From: an uncultured Candidatus Rokubacteria bacterium
GTDB lineage: Bacteria > Methylomirabilota > Methylomirabilia > Rokubacteriales > CSP1-6
DNA: 64,000 bases
Direction of reading: 5' to 3'
Assembly: GCA_963762145.1 (NCBI GenBank)
Contig: CAVXJS010000022.1
Span: 116,536-180,535, forward strand
Position 1 is the first letter of the stretch. Each line of letters opens with the position of its first letter. This document shows positions 1 through 9,874 of this stretch, piece after piece. The notes beneath the pieces are model-generated. The model did not search any database and was not told the origin of the DNA. It saw only the letters and a program-made list of their open reading frames with translations. The position numbers and the translations under genes are program-made.

Positions 1-253
1 TCGAGCTGCCGCAGCCGCCGGGCCTCATTGACCTCGAGGCCGCCGTACTTGGCTTTCCACCGGTAGAACGTCTGCTCGCTGATGCCGTGCCGGCGACAGA
101 GGTCGGTCGTCTTGCCGCCCGCCTCGGCCTCTTTCAGGATCCCGATGATCTGCTCTTCCGTGAACCGCTTCCGACGCATCGCGGGGCCTCCCCGCGGGCA
201 TCCTAAGCCGAATCCTCACCCACCTCGTGGCGGAGTTTTCGGGGAGCAGGTCG
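1..253 (-). mobile_element. IS3-family (IS407-like) element, left end; orfA 179..<1, runs off window
   Basis: Minus strand from 179 reads MRRKRFTEEQIIGILKEAEAGGKTTDLCRRHGISEQTFYRWKAKYGG (IS3 OrfA HTH); terminal IR-like cGACCTGCTCCCCGAAAACTCCGCCAC ends ~253. Confidence 0.88.
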
Positions 254-783
254 TATGGACTCTCGAATGCGATGGCAGTCCTATTCCTTGGACGATACAC
301 GGGCTTCGGTGACGCGGGAAAACGGGCCTGAAGCCGGCGGGCGACTCCGCGTCGCTGTGTCGTCTCGATTAGCATAGTTGACGCGCCGGGCTACCGCAGC
401 CTTGAAGTCTCGGGAAGACAGTACCAGAGTCCTGGTTGTTGCTACCGCGCCACCGTGGCCTTTACGGCACCAGCATGGCGGCGGCTGGGCTCGCAATCCG
501 CTGGCGACGAAGGCGGGGACAACCTTAGAAGAGCCCGAAGGGGCAGCCTCAAGAGGGCGGCTCCTCCCCTTCGGGCGTGGCGCCGGGCGTGCCCGTAGAC
601 ACCCGGTGCCCCTCAGCGTAAGCTCCGCCGCGTGGCGCGTCATCGGCTCACGCGACAACTGCGCCCGCCCTCATTGGGCGAGAGAAGGGAAGTCTTGGGG
701 GTTGTTAGTGTAATAACCGCCGGCCCGAGTAGGCACGGCCACTCCTATCGGGCCCTTCTACACCATTTGGTGCGGTCCGCCAC

Positions 784-799
784 TGGCCCTCGTTTTGCT
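784..799 (+). promoter_or_regulatory. sigma54-like -24/-12 promoter
   Basis: TGGCCCTCGTTTTGCT = GG-N10-GC. Confidence 0.5.
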
Positions 800-801
800 A
801 G

Positions 802-1371
802 ATGATACGGATCGTGCATTTTGCCATCGAGTGTCTTACTTGGTTCGCTGCCTTATCTGTCTTGATGTCATTTCTAGAGCACCAGGTTCACCGCAGCCTG
901 ATGCACAGAAGGACTGTTTTGGGTCGCCATCTTCTGTCTTTCCACAAGATGTTTGAACACCACGCTATCCTTCATCACGGGCAATACAGCAAGGTCTTTG
1001 CTGACAAGCCCGTTGCTGTTGGTGAAGATCGGCATTTGCGCTTGAGCCTACGTGAGGGCTTTCTAGAGGTGCTGCCGATCGCCGCGCTTCTTGCTGTAAT
1101 CTCATTGGAGGGTGCGATCATCCTTGAGATTGTTGTCTGCATGCATCACTTCATATGGAACAAGATACACCTAGAGATGCACAAGCCCGAAAAGCGCTTC
1201 TTTAGCGATTGGGCAGTATACAAGTTTCTTGGCAGGTACCATTACCTGCATCACAAGCACCCGGACAAGAACTTCAATGTTGTCATACCGCTTGCCGACT
1301 ATGTTCTGAGAACTAACATTCGCGCCAGCAACTCGGAGTTGAATGAGATGTATCGATTGAGGCTTCTTTGA
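802..1371 (+). CDS. fatty acid hydroxylase/sterol desaturase superfamily membrane protein (start may be GTG 814)
   Basis: His boxes EHQVHRSLMH, HHAILHH, HHFIWNKIH, HYLHH plus NFNV; hydrophobic segments; visibly lower GC than the core. Confidence 0.75.
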   Translation: MIRIVHFAIECLTWFAALSVLMSFLEHQVHRSLMHRRTVLGRHLLSFHKMFEHHAILHHGQYSKVFADKPVAVGEDRHLRLSLREGFLEVLPIAALLAVISLEGAIILEIVVCMHHFIWNKIHLEMHKPEKRFFSDWAVYKFLGRYHYLHHKHPDKNFNVVIPLADYVLRTNIRASNSELNEMYRLRLL

Positions 1372-1475
1372 TCGCGTTCTGAATAGAAAGTCTCCCGCCT
1401 CCGCGCCCTCCCGCCCTCGGCCTTCGCGCCTGTGTCTCGAGGGCCGAGAGCAGCTCTGGCACAGCGGTCGGACTC

Positions 1476-1700
1476 CTCGATCACCTGATCCACCCGCAGC
1501 AGGAGCGACGGCAGGATCGTCAGGCCGAGCGTCTCGAGGTTGATGACCAGGTTGAACTTCGTTGGTTTGCTCGCCCGGCAGATCGGCAGGTTTGGCTCAG
1601 TTGAGGATCTTGTCCACGTGGGTTGCCCCCCGGCGGTATGACTCGGCCGCACTCGACCTGTAGGTCATCAGCCCCCACAGGTCAAGGAACTCGTTCGTGA
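1476..1700 (-). pseudogene. C-terminal fragment of ABC substrate-binding protein (ABC_sub_bind-like)
   Basis: GLMTY..RRGATHVDKIL then, in a shifted frame, KPTKFNLVINLETLGLTILPSLLLRVDQVIE; matches the intact copies at 7594-9515. Confidence 0.8.
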
Positions 1701-1796
1701 AGTACACCGCAGGGCGTCGGGCTTCATTCCGCAAACTGGCTACGGCTGCTGCAGCGGTGAGCGTCTGGATCAGGTCCCGTGTGGGCATACCGTCTC

Positions 1797-2024
1797 TCAG
1801 CCGGCCGGAGGCATAGATCGTTCATTCGCTGCTCCGCGGGTGGGTCCCGGCTGGACACGTTCCGGCGCGGCGTCTGGCTTAACAGTCGAGATTAGCAGCG
1901 CGATATCTCCGTTTCGGTACGTCAAGAGAATATCGACGGCTCCGGTGTACCGCGACCGCTCCAGGCCGTCCATGTAGGCGTTGAGCCACTCGCGTTTTGT
2001 TGGCCTCTGTTCGGCCTGTACCAT
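1797..2024 (-). CDS. small hypothetical protein
   Basis: 75-aa ORF with protein-like composition; no recognised family. Confidence 0.35.
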   Translation of the reverse strand: MVQAEQRPTKREWLNAYMDGLERSRYTGAVDILLTYRNGDIALLISTVKPDAAPERVQPGPTRGAANERSMPPAG

Positions 2025-2409
2025 GGCGTCAGTCCGTTAGCCGAGACAGCGCAAGCACCGCCGCCCGCCACCGAGGGCCACGCCCGGGGGTTTGTCCGTA
2101 GAGCTCCCCGAGCGATCGTGCACTGGCAGCCTCGCGCACGACGGAACGGCGCGGGGCAGTTGGAACGCGGTCCGACTCCGCGAGCTGCGCCCGCGTCAAA
2201 CGCCGATTTGGACCGTGAAGCTTCTCGCCTTTACACATATCCATGGTGTGCGTCTCCCTAGCCCTGATGGGGCGATGGATGGAGTGACTGCATCAGAACT
2301 GTGGAATGGGTATGGCACGGGCAAGACATGCAGGCCTGCGATCTCTCCACTAGAAGGCGGACAGCGAGTCGAAACCGATATGAACGGGCACCTTAATCAT
2401 GCCTTGCGC

Positions 2410-2605
2410 TCGTCCCCACCAGCTCGCCCACTCGCGGATCCAGGTCCAGGTGCAAGGCGATGCCGTGCCGGGCCGCCCGCTCCTTGACCAGGGTGACGGC
2501 ATTCTCCACGGCAGTCGGCAGGTGGAACGGGGCCGGGGTCAGCTCCATGCGACCGGCCTCGACTTTTGAAAGATCCAAAATGTCATTGATGAGCGAGAGC
2601 AGGTG
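2410..2605 (-). pseudogene. histidine kinase fragment (HisKA end/HATPase start)
   Basis: HLLSLINDILDLSKVEAGRMEL...VKERAARHGIAL; no H-box N-terminus and no G boxes. Confidence 0.75.
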
Positions 2606-2664
2606 TTGGTGAGTGCGCTGCCAAAGAAGACCGGCGCCCTTGCCCGACAAGAAGGCATCATGCA

Positions 2665-3405
2665 TCGAAGCGTGCGCCGGCCCCGCTCAGGAGGTCGATC
2701 TCCACGCGCAGCTGGCCGACAGGCCCGGCGCGAGCCCCCACCGAGTCGCGTGTCCGCCAGATCCATGCTGACCACCGGGGCCTGGCGCCGGTTGTGCTCG
2801 GTACGCTCGAAGCGGAGCACCTGCCGCGCGACCAGGTCATAGACGCCCTAGAAGGTTGGGCCCTGTCCTATGGGCCAGTTCATCGCACCGCGCCGATGCC
2901 GAGCACCCGCTCGATCTCGTCCAGGAGTGCGAGGGGCTCGCGGCCCGGATGGTCGAGCTTGTTGATGAACGTCAGGATGGGGAGCCCCCGAGTCCGGCAC
3001 ACCGCGAAGAGCTTGAGGGTCTGAGGTTCGATACCCTTGGCGCTGTCGAGCACCATCACCACGCTGTCGACCGCCATCAACGTACGATATGTATCCTCGC
3101 TGAAGTCCTGGTGCCCGGGGGTGTCGAGAAGATCAGCAGATGCCCCGCGTGCTCGAACTGGAGCGCGGTGGTGGTGATGGGGTACCCCGCTCCTGCTCGA
3201 GGGCCATCCAGTCCGAGGTGGCGCGGCGCTGGTTCTTGCCCGCTCGCACGGCCCCAGCCAGCTCGACGGCGCCCGAGTAGAGCAGGAGCTTCTCGGTGAG
3301 CGTGGTCTTACCGGCATCCGGGTGGGAGATGATCGCGAAGGTCCGCCGGCGGCGGACCTCGGCCGCGAGGTCCGGCGGGTGGACGAGATCCCCGGTCGGC
3401 TTCAC
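2665..3405 (-). pseudogene. prfC: peptide chain release factor 3, N-terminal part, frameshifted and truncated
   Basis: [40 protein letters not shown] and TFINKLD lie in different frames; internal stops; C-terminal half absent. Confidence 0.85.
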
Positions 3406-4031
3406 GAAGGACCCGTCTTGAGATCGGAGGCGAAACGGGTCGAGACGAGGACGAAGCGCACCGGCTTCCGGCCCGGATTCTCCCAGAGATGCGGGGTCTC
3501 CGGATCGAGGCTGACCGCGTCCCCGGCGACCACCCGCAGCACCTCGGCCCCCAAGGTCAGGCGCACGGCCCCGTCGAAGACGATCGCGAGCGCCTGTCCC
3601 GCATGCGCGTGCGGTCGCTTGCCGCTCGAGCCCCCGGCTCCGAGGGTGACCATGACCGCCTCGAAGCTACGCGCGGCGCCCATGGGACTCAGGGCCTCGA
3701 TCCGGGCACGCGACCACCAGCTCGTCAGACGCCGGCGCCGGGTCGCCCGGGTCACGGGGCGAGCGCCGCCGGCCGGCTCCCGGAAGAAGTCACCGAGTGA
3801 CACGCCGAGGGCGTGCGCGAGTCGCTGGAGCGAGGCGATCGACGGTGAGGCCTGGTTGTGCTCGACCTGGGAGATGAAGCTCGGCGAGAATCCCGCCCGG
3901 CTCGCCAGGGTCCGGACCGACAGCTCGTGTGCCGTCCGCAGCCGCCGCACGATGTCGCCGAGGTTCTGCTCCGCGCCGGTGGCCGTCGCCGCGTCCTCCG
4001 GCGGCCTCCGTCTCGCCGCTAACCTCTTCAT
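3402..4031 (-). CDS. XRE-family transcriptional regulator with C-terminal cupin
   Basis: [35 protein letters not shown]; cupin [18 protein letters not shown]. Confidence 0.9.
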   Translation of the reverse strand: MKRLAARRRPPEDAATATGAEQNLGDIVRRLRTAHELSVRTLASRAGFSPSFISQVEHNQASPSIASLQRLAHALGVSLGDFFREPAGGARPVTRATRRRRLTSWWSRARIEALSPMGAARSFEAVMVTLGAGGSSGKRPHAHAGQALAIVFDGAVRLTLGAEVLRVVAGDAVSLDPETPHLWENPGRKPVRFVLVSTRFASDLKTGPS

Positions 4032-4173
4032 CGCCTCATCCTTAGAGTTCGGGCGGGTAGCGGGCGCGCGTTTGCTGCCGACGCGCGAGCAATAGACCCC
4101 TCGGGAACTGCCTCACCGAGCGGTCAACGACAATGGTGGCGGTGAGAGTGCCCGCCAGGCAACTGTTGGACAT

Positions 4174-4995
4174 TTAGGACGCGCTCGCCGTGCCCGTCGG
4201 GGCCGGGCGAAGGCCAGCAGCGCCAGGAAACGCAGTGTTCACAGCGACGCAGTCGAACTCCACCACTCTGAGCTGAGGATCCGTGCTGACCGGAAAGATC
4301 CCGGTCACATCGAAGGAATGCTCCTTGAGGGTCCGGAGTGAGGTGAGCCAGTCCGGCATTCGGGCATAGATTGGCAGAACCGATACTTCGGTCTGAAGCG
4401 CCGCTATTGACGCGAGAGTGGTGCTGGCTCCGTTGATCACTTCCAGATCGTACCCCTGAGTGTCGAGCTTCAGGTAGACGTTTCGACAGCCGGATGTGGC
4501 TCTGATGCCTTCCATCACATCGGTCAGCCGCCTTACCTGTACAGTCTCCACCTGGACGACCGCGTTCAGGTGCGCTAGCGTCGGAACAGTGGAGGAATCC
4601 GGTGACAGGAAGGACGTGAACGCGCTTTCGCGCATCACGTTGATCGGGTATAGCCCACTCTCGCTTCCGAGGGCGAATCCATGGATTTTCCACAGTGCAT
4701 CGTTCTTGGCTTCCGCTTCGAGGTGTTTGAGGCATGCCGGGTGGGGCTCGAAGGACGCGATGTAACCTGCGTAGCCGACCTCCATTCTCAGAAACTTGTG
4801 GTATTGCCCCCGGTTCGCCCCAACGTCGAGCACACAGTCGATGTCCAGCCTCTCGAAGAGCTCCCGGAGGTGAGTCGCGAGGGCGAGATTTTTAAGACGC
4901 CACCGCGGAATCACTTCGTACCCCGTTCGAACTGCCCGCATCAGGAGCTTAGTCAATACCTGCTTCATCTTCCGCGAAACGCCTTTGCCCAACAT
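4174..4995 (-). CDS. FkbM-family methyltransferase
   Basis: VLDVGANRGQ, SFEP, LKLDTQGYDLEVING motifs. Confidence 0.9.
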   Translation of the reverse strand: MLGKGVSRKMKQVLTKLLMRAVRTGYEVIPRWRLKNLALATHLRELFERLDIDCVLDVGANRGQYHKFLRMEVGYAGYIASFEPHPACLKHLEAEAKNDALWKIHGFALGSESGLYPINVMRESAFTSFLSPDSSTVPTLAHLNAVVQVETVQVRRLTDVMEGIRATSGCRNVYLKLDTQGYDLEVINGASTTLASIAALQTEVSVLPIYARMPDWLTSLRTLKEHSFDVTGIFPVSTDPQLRVVEFDCVAVNTAFPGAAGLRPAPTGTASAS

Positions 4996-5266
4996 CGTTG
5001 TCCCTCATCCCATTGGAGAGTTGAAGATCTGCCAGAACACTACTCCGGCAGCGGCATTCGGTCCGGCACACACCAGCATGGCGGTCAGGCTGCGAAGGAT
5101 CTCCGTGACCTTGCTCCCGGCGACTCGGCCCACGTCGCATCGCGCCGTGTCGTCTGGGGCTCCCCGCAATGGTCGGTCTCCCGCGCCCACCCGCGCCGGT
5201 GGGGCACCGAACGAACGATGGGTGCCACCGCGGCGGGTCGCGGACGATGCCCGGCCCGGGCAGCGC

Positions 5267-5433
5267 AGCTTGGCGAGAACCCGGCCCCGCCCGCCAGGGT
5301 CCGGAGCAACAGCTCGTTGCCGTCCGCAGCCGCCGCACTATGTCGCCGAGGTTCCGCTCCGCCCGGCGGCCGTCGCCGCGTCCTCCGGCGGCCTCCGGCC
5401 CACCGCTGATGTCTTCATCGCCTCACCCTTGAG
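5267..5433 (-). repeat. degenerate direct copy of the 5' end of the XRE gene (3878-4047)
   Basis: Near-identical tracts such as gccgtccgcagccgccgcac, tgtcgccgaggtt and ggccgtcgccgcgtcctccggcggcctccg. Confidence 0.85.
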
Positions 5434-5902
5434 ACTCTCATACGGTGTACAGTCCTACTTTACAGACCGTAGGCCTATGCCGCAAGTTAGCAATCGCCCT
5501 GGGGAGTGCGCCCCCGTCGATCCCGTCAATGCCGAGTACCGCAGCGCGTTCGCGCCGTTAGGCGGGCGGCTTAGGAGTCGGCACGCGGTGGTCCACGGAC
5601 TCGATCAACTCACGGCGTTCCTGAGCCAGGCGCACGTCCCGACGCCGGACATCGACGAGCGTGGCGGGCTGGCCACGCGACGGGTCCACTCGATCCCGCG
5701 GGTGGGGCTCACGGCCGCCGACCTCGAGGCCCTCGGGCTCTAGGCCGGGGCGCCCGTCGCGTCAGCCCTCCAACACCTGCAACTTGTTCAGAGGGCGGGC
5801 GGTACCCGAACTAGGCGACGCCATCGCCACACCTCGGTAGTGGCCGACTGCGAGTCACGCCAAGGGCGAGCGCAAGCCCGCGAGAAAGCACGCGGCGCCT
5901 AC

Positions 5903-5918
5903 TGGAACGCGGCTTGCT
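5903..5918 (+). promoter_or_regulatory. sigma54-like promoter
   Basis: TGGAACGCGGCTTGCT; conserved in the paralogous copy at 23189. Confidence 0.65.
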
Positions 5919-5930
5919 CTGTTGCATGCA

Positions 5931-6266
5931 ATGGACATCGTGCGCCTGGCCGTCATGGTGAGCCCGCTGCTCGGGGCCGCGGCGGGCTATCTCGTGGACG
6001 GCCTCACGGGCGCGACGTCGGGATTCCTGATCCCGATGGGGCCTGCTGTCGTGGCGTGGCTCTACCGTGGGTTTGACGATGCGCTACGGCCGTCGCGCCC
6101 GGCGGGACCGTCCGAGCCCGCGCACCAACCCCGTCGAGCGGGTTCGTCTCCAATGCAGGAGATCAAGGATGAGACTACTGAGGCATCAATGGCCAGAGCA
6201 CGGCCGTTGCTTGGCGATAGCGTGGGCCCGAAGCGCCGCGGCGCCCGTCTAAACCGAGTGCCTTGA
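5931..6266 (+). CDS. small membrane protein (two hydrophobic helices plus low-complexity tail)
   Basis: MDIVRLAVMVSPLLGAAAGYLVDGLTGATSGFLIPMGPAVVAWL; paralog at 23218 with many synonymous/conservative changes. Confidence 0.65.
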   Translation: MDIVRLAVMVSPLLGAAAGYLVDGLTGATSGFLIPMGPAVVAWLYRGFDDALRPSRPAGPSEPAHQPRRAGSSPMQEIKDETTEASMARARPLLGDSVGPKRRGARLNRVP

Positions 6267-6359
6267 TGATCTGGGGCGAATGGACCCATCCGATCGCGCT
6301 TGTCCTGCTCGGTGCAGTTCTTCTGGTGGTCGGCCTTATCTCTCGGGATAGGTCGTGAG

Positions 6360-6977
6360 GGCCGCTCGCGGCCGGCGAGGTTGATGACCAACTCGAACTT
6401 CGTCGGCCGCTTGAGCAGCCGGATGTACCGATTCCGGAGCGTATCGGTCTGCCGTCTGAGCGTGTCCACCTGCTGGGAAAAAATCTCGTACTTGCCGGCA
6501 TCCTGATCGGCGAGTTGCTCGCTGAACCACTGCAGGGCCCCTAGCTGGGCCTGCAGCCCCTGACGGTACTCCTGATGGAATCGATCCTCACTCACGAAGA
6601 GCTTTGTTCACACACGCCATCTTGTCCTTGAGAGTCTGCCCATGCGCGTCGACTTCCGCGAGGCGCCCGCCCGCAGTCGCCGCTAGCTGCGCTGTCAGCG
6701 CCTGCTGCGCCTGAGAAAGACACTCCATCTTCACCGTGTTCAGTCGCCGGAGTTCCGCGCGAACCTGCGCATCGGAGAGCGGAGTCCCGGGGAACGTTGA
6801 AGATGCTGAACTGGGCGTCGCCGCAGCCGGTTGGGCAGCCACCCCTGACGCTACGGCTAGGCTGACAGCCAGCCCGAGCCCCGCCACGGTCGTAGCAGAC
6901 AGTAGATACGCCACGGCTGATCCTCCTGAGTTCCTCGGTTTCGTGGGTTTGGTCCGGTCGCCTTGCGGTTTGAGCAC
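6360..6977 (-). pseudogene. putative exported helical protein, split in two frames and ending in an ABC_sub_bind fragment
   Basis: Signal-like N-terminus in 6588-6977; continuation from 6595 runs into KRPTKFELVINL at ~6377-6413. Confidence 0.4.
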
Positions 6978-7019
6978 CGCTATGACCTCAGTCTGCCGGC
7001 AAGATGGATGGCGCTCTTC

Positions 7020-7382
7020 TTATTGGCCCGACACATCTGGCCTGCCGGGTTCGACGCGTTGGGGCAGTTCGGGCGGCAGCAGGTCAGGCGCCGTTCGCCG
7101 GGTCGTCCTCCGGTTCAGGAGGAGCAGTTTCCGCACCACTTCCCACGGCCAGTACGTCAGCGTGCACCGCCCGAGCACGAGCACGGTCTGACGATGCCCC
7201 TTCAAGACGTCAACGTCTCGTCGCACTTCGATCTCCCAGCGGCCAGCGTCCGGGGGCCGAGCCTGCCACTCTTCCTGGCTCTTCCACTCGACGAACACTT
7301 CCCCGAAGATCGGAGCGCGCATGATCGTGTACGCGGGACCCGTTTCGAAGAGCACGTATCCCTGGGCGCTCTGGAACGTCAT
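7020..7382 (-). CDS. hypothetical protein
   Basis: 120-aa ORF; no recognised family. Confidence 0.3.
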   Translation of the reverse strand: MTFQSAQGYVLFETGPAYTIMRAPIFGEVFVEWKSQEEWQARPPDAGRWEIEVRRDVDVLKGHRQTVLVLGRCTLTYWPWEVVRKLLLLNRRTTRRTAPDLLPPELPQRVEPGRPDVSGQ

Positions 7383-7593
7383 GGCGCGAGCCTCCTCAGT
7401 CTCGAAGCCAGGTCAGAGGCAAGCCCTGTGCCAACCAGGTCCGAGACCACTAGCCGCGCGCAGTAACCAGCGAGCCCGCCTGGGCGAAACCCACCCGCAC
7501 CGTGGGATCGGTGGGATCCGTCTGGGGTGTCACTGGCGGTGGGTCTGTCTGATGGGCGACGGTGGGAGCGTCAGGAGCACGACTCACTTACTC

Positions 7594-8559
7594 TCACTCA
7601 ATCACCTGATCCGCCCGCTGCAGGAGCGACGGCGGGATCGTGAGGCCGAGCGCCTTGGCGGTCTTGAGGTTGATGACCAGCTCGAATCGCGTCGGCCGTT
7701 CGACCGGCAAGTCGCTCGGTTTTGCGCCCTTAAGGATCCTGTCGACGAAGCTTGCGGCCCGCCGGGAGACGTCGGCGAGCTGTGCCCCATGGGACAGGAG
7801 ACCCCCGGACTCAACGAAGTGTCTTTGATTGGAGATCGCTGGCAGGCGATGCCGCACCGCAAGTTCCGCGGCCCGCCAAGCAGTGAGAGCGCCATCAACG
7901 ATCACGGCGCCGGCGCGTTGCTTGGTCAGCGAAGAGAAGGCGGTATCGACCTCTTGGGGCCCGTGCACATCGACAACGGAGAGTTGAACCTTGCCTCTCT
8001 TGGCTGCAGCCTGGGTCTCGTCAACCAGCGACTTTGCGAAGGGGTTGGTTGGATTGACGAGCAGGCCCACGCGCGTCAGGCCTGGGTCGAGCTCGCGAAG
8101 CAACTCTATCCGCTTCCCCGCCAGCTCTGCTGAGATCCCGGTCAGACCGGTGATGTTGCCGCCCGGGTGCCCGAGGCTCGCCACAAAGCCCGTCCCCACT
8201 GGATCTCCAGCCGACGCCATGACGATGGGAATTGTGCGAGTCGCGTCCTTCGCGGCCTGCACCGCCGGCGTGAGGTTGGCCACGATGAGATCGACCTTCA
8301 GCGCGACCAGTTCCATGGCGAAGGTCTTCGCGCGGTCCGGCCGGCCGTCGGCCGCTCGCCATTCGACGAGAATGTTCTGTCCTTCCACATATCCGTGGTC
8401 GCGAAGACCCTGACCGAACGCCTCCCGCAATGTGGAGTTCATCTCAGTGAACGTCAACACTCCGACGCGTGGTATCTTCCCGGTCTGCTGCGCCCCGGCG
8501 GCGAGCGGCGCGGCGAGGAGGCCGCCAGCAAGGGTGCCCAAAAAGGCTCGCCGCTCCAT
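7594..8559 (-). CDS. ABC transporter substrate-binding protein (ABC_sub_bind-like)
   Basis: [21 protein letters not shown]...DPVGTGFVASLGHPGGNITG...[30 protein letters not shown]; TAATG overlap with the upstream gene. Confidence 0.9.
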   Translation of the reverse strand: MERRAFLGTLAGGLLAAPLAAGAQQTGKIPRVGVLTFTEMNSTLREAFGQGLRDHGYVEGQNILVEWRAADGRPDRAKTFAMELVALKVDLIVANLTPAVQAAKDATRTIPIVMASAGDPVGTGFVASLGHPGGNITGLTGISAELAGKRIELLRELDPGLTRVGLLVNPTNPFAKSLVDETQAAAKRGKVQLSVVDVHGPQEVDTAFSSLTKQRAGAVIVDGALTAWRAAELAVRHRLPAISNQRHFVESGGLLSHGAQLADVSRRAASFVDRILKGAKPSDLPVERPTRFELVINLKTAKALGLTIPPSLLQRADQVIE

Positions 8560-9515
8560 TACTCGATCACCTGATCCGCCCGCTGCAGGAGCGACGGCGG
8601 GATCGTGAGACCGAGGGCCTTCGAGGCCTTGAGGTTGATCACCACCTCGAACTTGGTGGGCTGCTCGACCGGGAGGTCTGCAGGTGTCGCACCTCGGAGG
8701 ATCTTGTCGATCTGCGCGGCTACCCTTGGCACGTTCTGCAGTGGCGTCGGCCCGTGGGAAAGCAACCCACCCGACTCGGCGAATCGTCGGTCGTAGCCGA
8801 TCGCAGGCAGGCGGCTCTTCGCGGCCACTGCCCCAATGTGTTCCAGGTGAGCCCGGAACCACACCACGTTGGGCACAAGGACGGCCTCGGCACGGGCACG
8901 CTTGGCCGCTGCGAAGAACCGGCCAAAGTCTTCCGGCCCCCGTACTGAGATGCCTTGTATCTCAATACCAAACGCTTGGGCGGCGGCGGTCAATCTCTGC
9001 CGTCTCGCACCGACATCGGGTGCGGGAGCCGGATAGACTACGCGCGCCACCTCGGGCAACGCTTCTTTGAGGATCTCTAACAGTTTCTCGTCATAGACGC
9101 CGAGCGCGAAGCCCGTCAGGTTCCCCCCTGGACGCGAATAGCTGGTCACGAATCCGCTTTCGATCGGATCGGAGGCGAGGCTAAATACGATGGGAATCGT
9201 CCTGGTCGCCTCCTTGGCGGCGTTAGTCGCAGGCGTTCCTGCCGTTAACATGAGGTCAACCTTGAGCCGCACAAGTTCGGCCGCGAGAGTCGGGAGCTGA
9301 TCTCGTCGCTCGGCATTGCGGCGCTCGACCTTGAGGTTCTGGCCCTCGACCCATCCAAGCTCCTGCATCGCGTCCACGAAGGGCTTGGACCCGGGGTCCT
9401 GGCCTTCTCGGAGCGCACCGATTCGGTAGACCTTTCCCGCCGGCTGCCCCTCGGCGGCGAACGGCGCGGCCAAGAGGCCGACGATAGCGCGGGCGATGAA
9501 GGTCCTCCGATCCAT
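8559..9515 (-). CDS. ABC transporter substrate-binding protein (paralog)
   Basis: RBS gaaggaggga; MDRRTFIA...SRPGGNLTG...[33 protein letters not shown]. Confidence 0.9.
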   Translation of the reverse strand: MDRRTFIARAIVGLLAAPFAAEGQPAGKVYRIGALREGQDPGSKPFVDAMQELGWVEGQNLKVERRNAERRDQLPTLAAELVRLKVDLMLTAGTPATNAAKEATRTIPIVFSLASDPIESGFVTSYSRPGGNLTGFALGVYDEKLLEILKEALPEVARVVYPAPAPDVGARRQRLTAAAQAFGIEIQGISVRGPEDFGRFFAAAKRARAEAVLVPNVVWFRAHLEHIGAVAAKSRLPAIGYDRRFAESGGLLSHGPTPLQNVPRVAAQIDKILRGATPADLPVEQPTKFEVVINLKASKALGLTIPPSLLQRADQVIE

Positions 9516-9874
9516 ATCTCCCTCCTTCACGTGCACAGACGCTGGCGGGCGTAGGCCCAGATCTTGGCCGCACACCACTGCGCCATTCCGCACATTCGAG
9601 CAGCGCGACGACCTGCGCGTCTCGGCGCTGCGGGCGCTCGAGCACCCGCGGCCGGGCTCCGCGCTCGACGACACCGAGCCGAACAGGCCGTCTGCCAGCC
9701 TGCAGCTGTACGGCAGACCGCACCGCCGCGAAGAGGCTACCACAGGCGTGCGCACGCCCTCCGGCGAGACCGGGGCTCCGAGTGAGGCTCTCAGCATGAG
9801 GCCACGAAGGAAATCGCGGCGCCCAGGAACATCTTGCGGAGCATCCGCCGGACCCGTCTTCCGGGAGACCTTCC

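Noticed and set aside
9540-9870. Long N-terminal extension of the ABC substrate-binding ORF to 9797
   Set aside because: The true start is 9515 (RBS plus MDRR signal motif); the upstream sequence shows no recognisable protein
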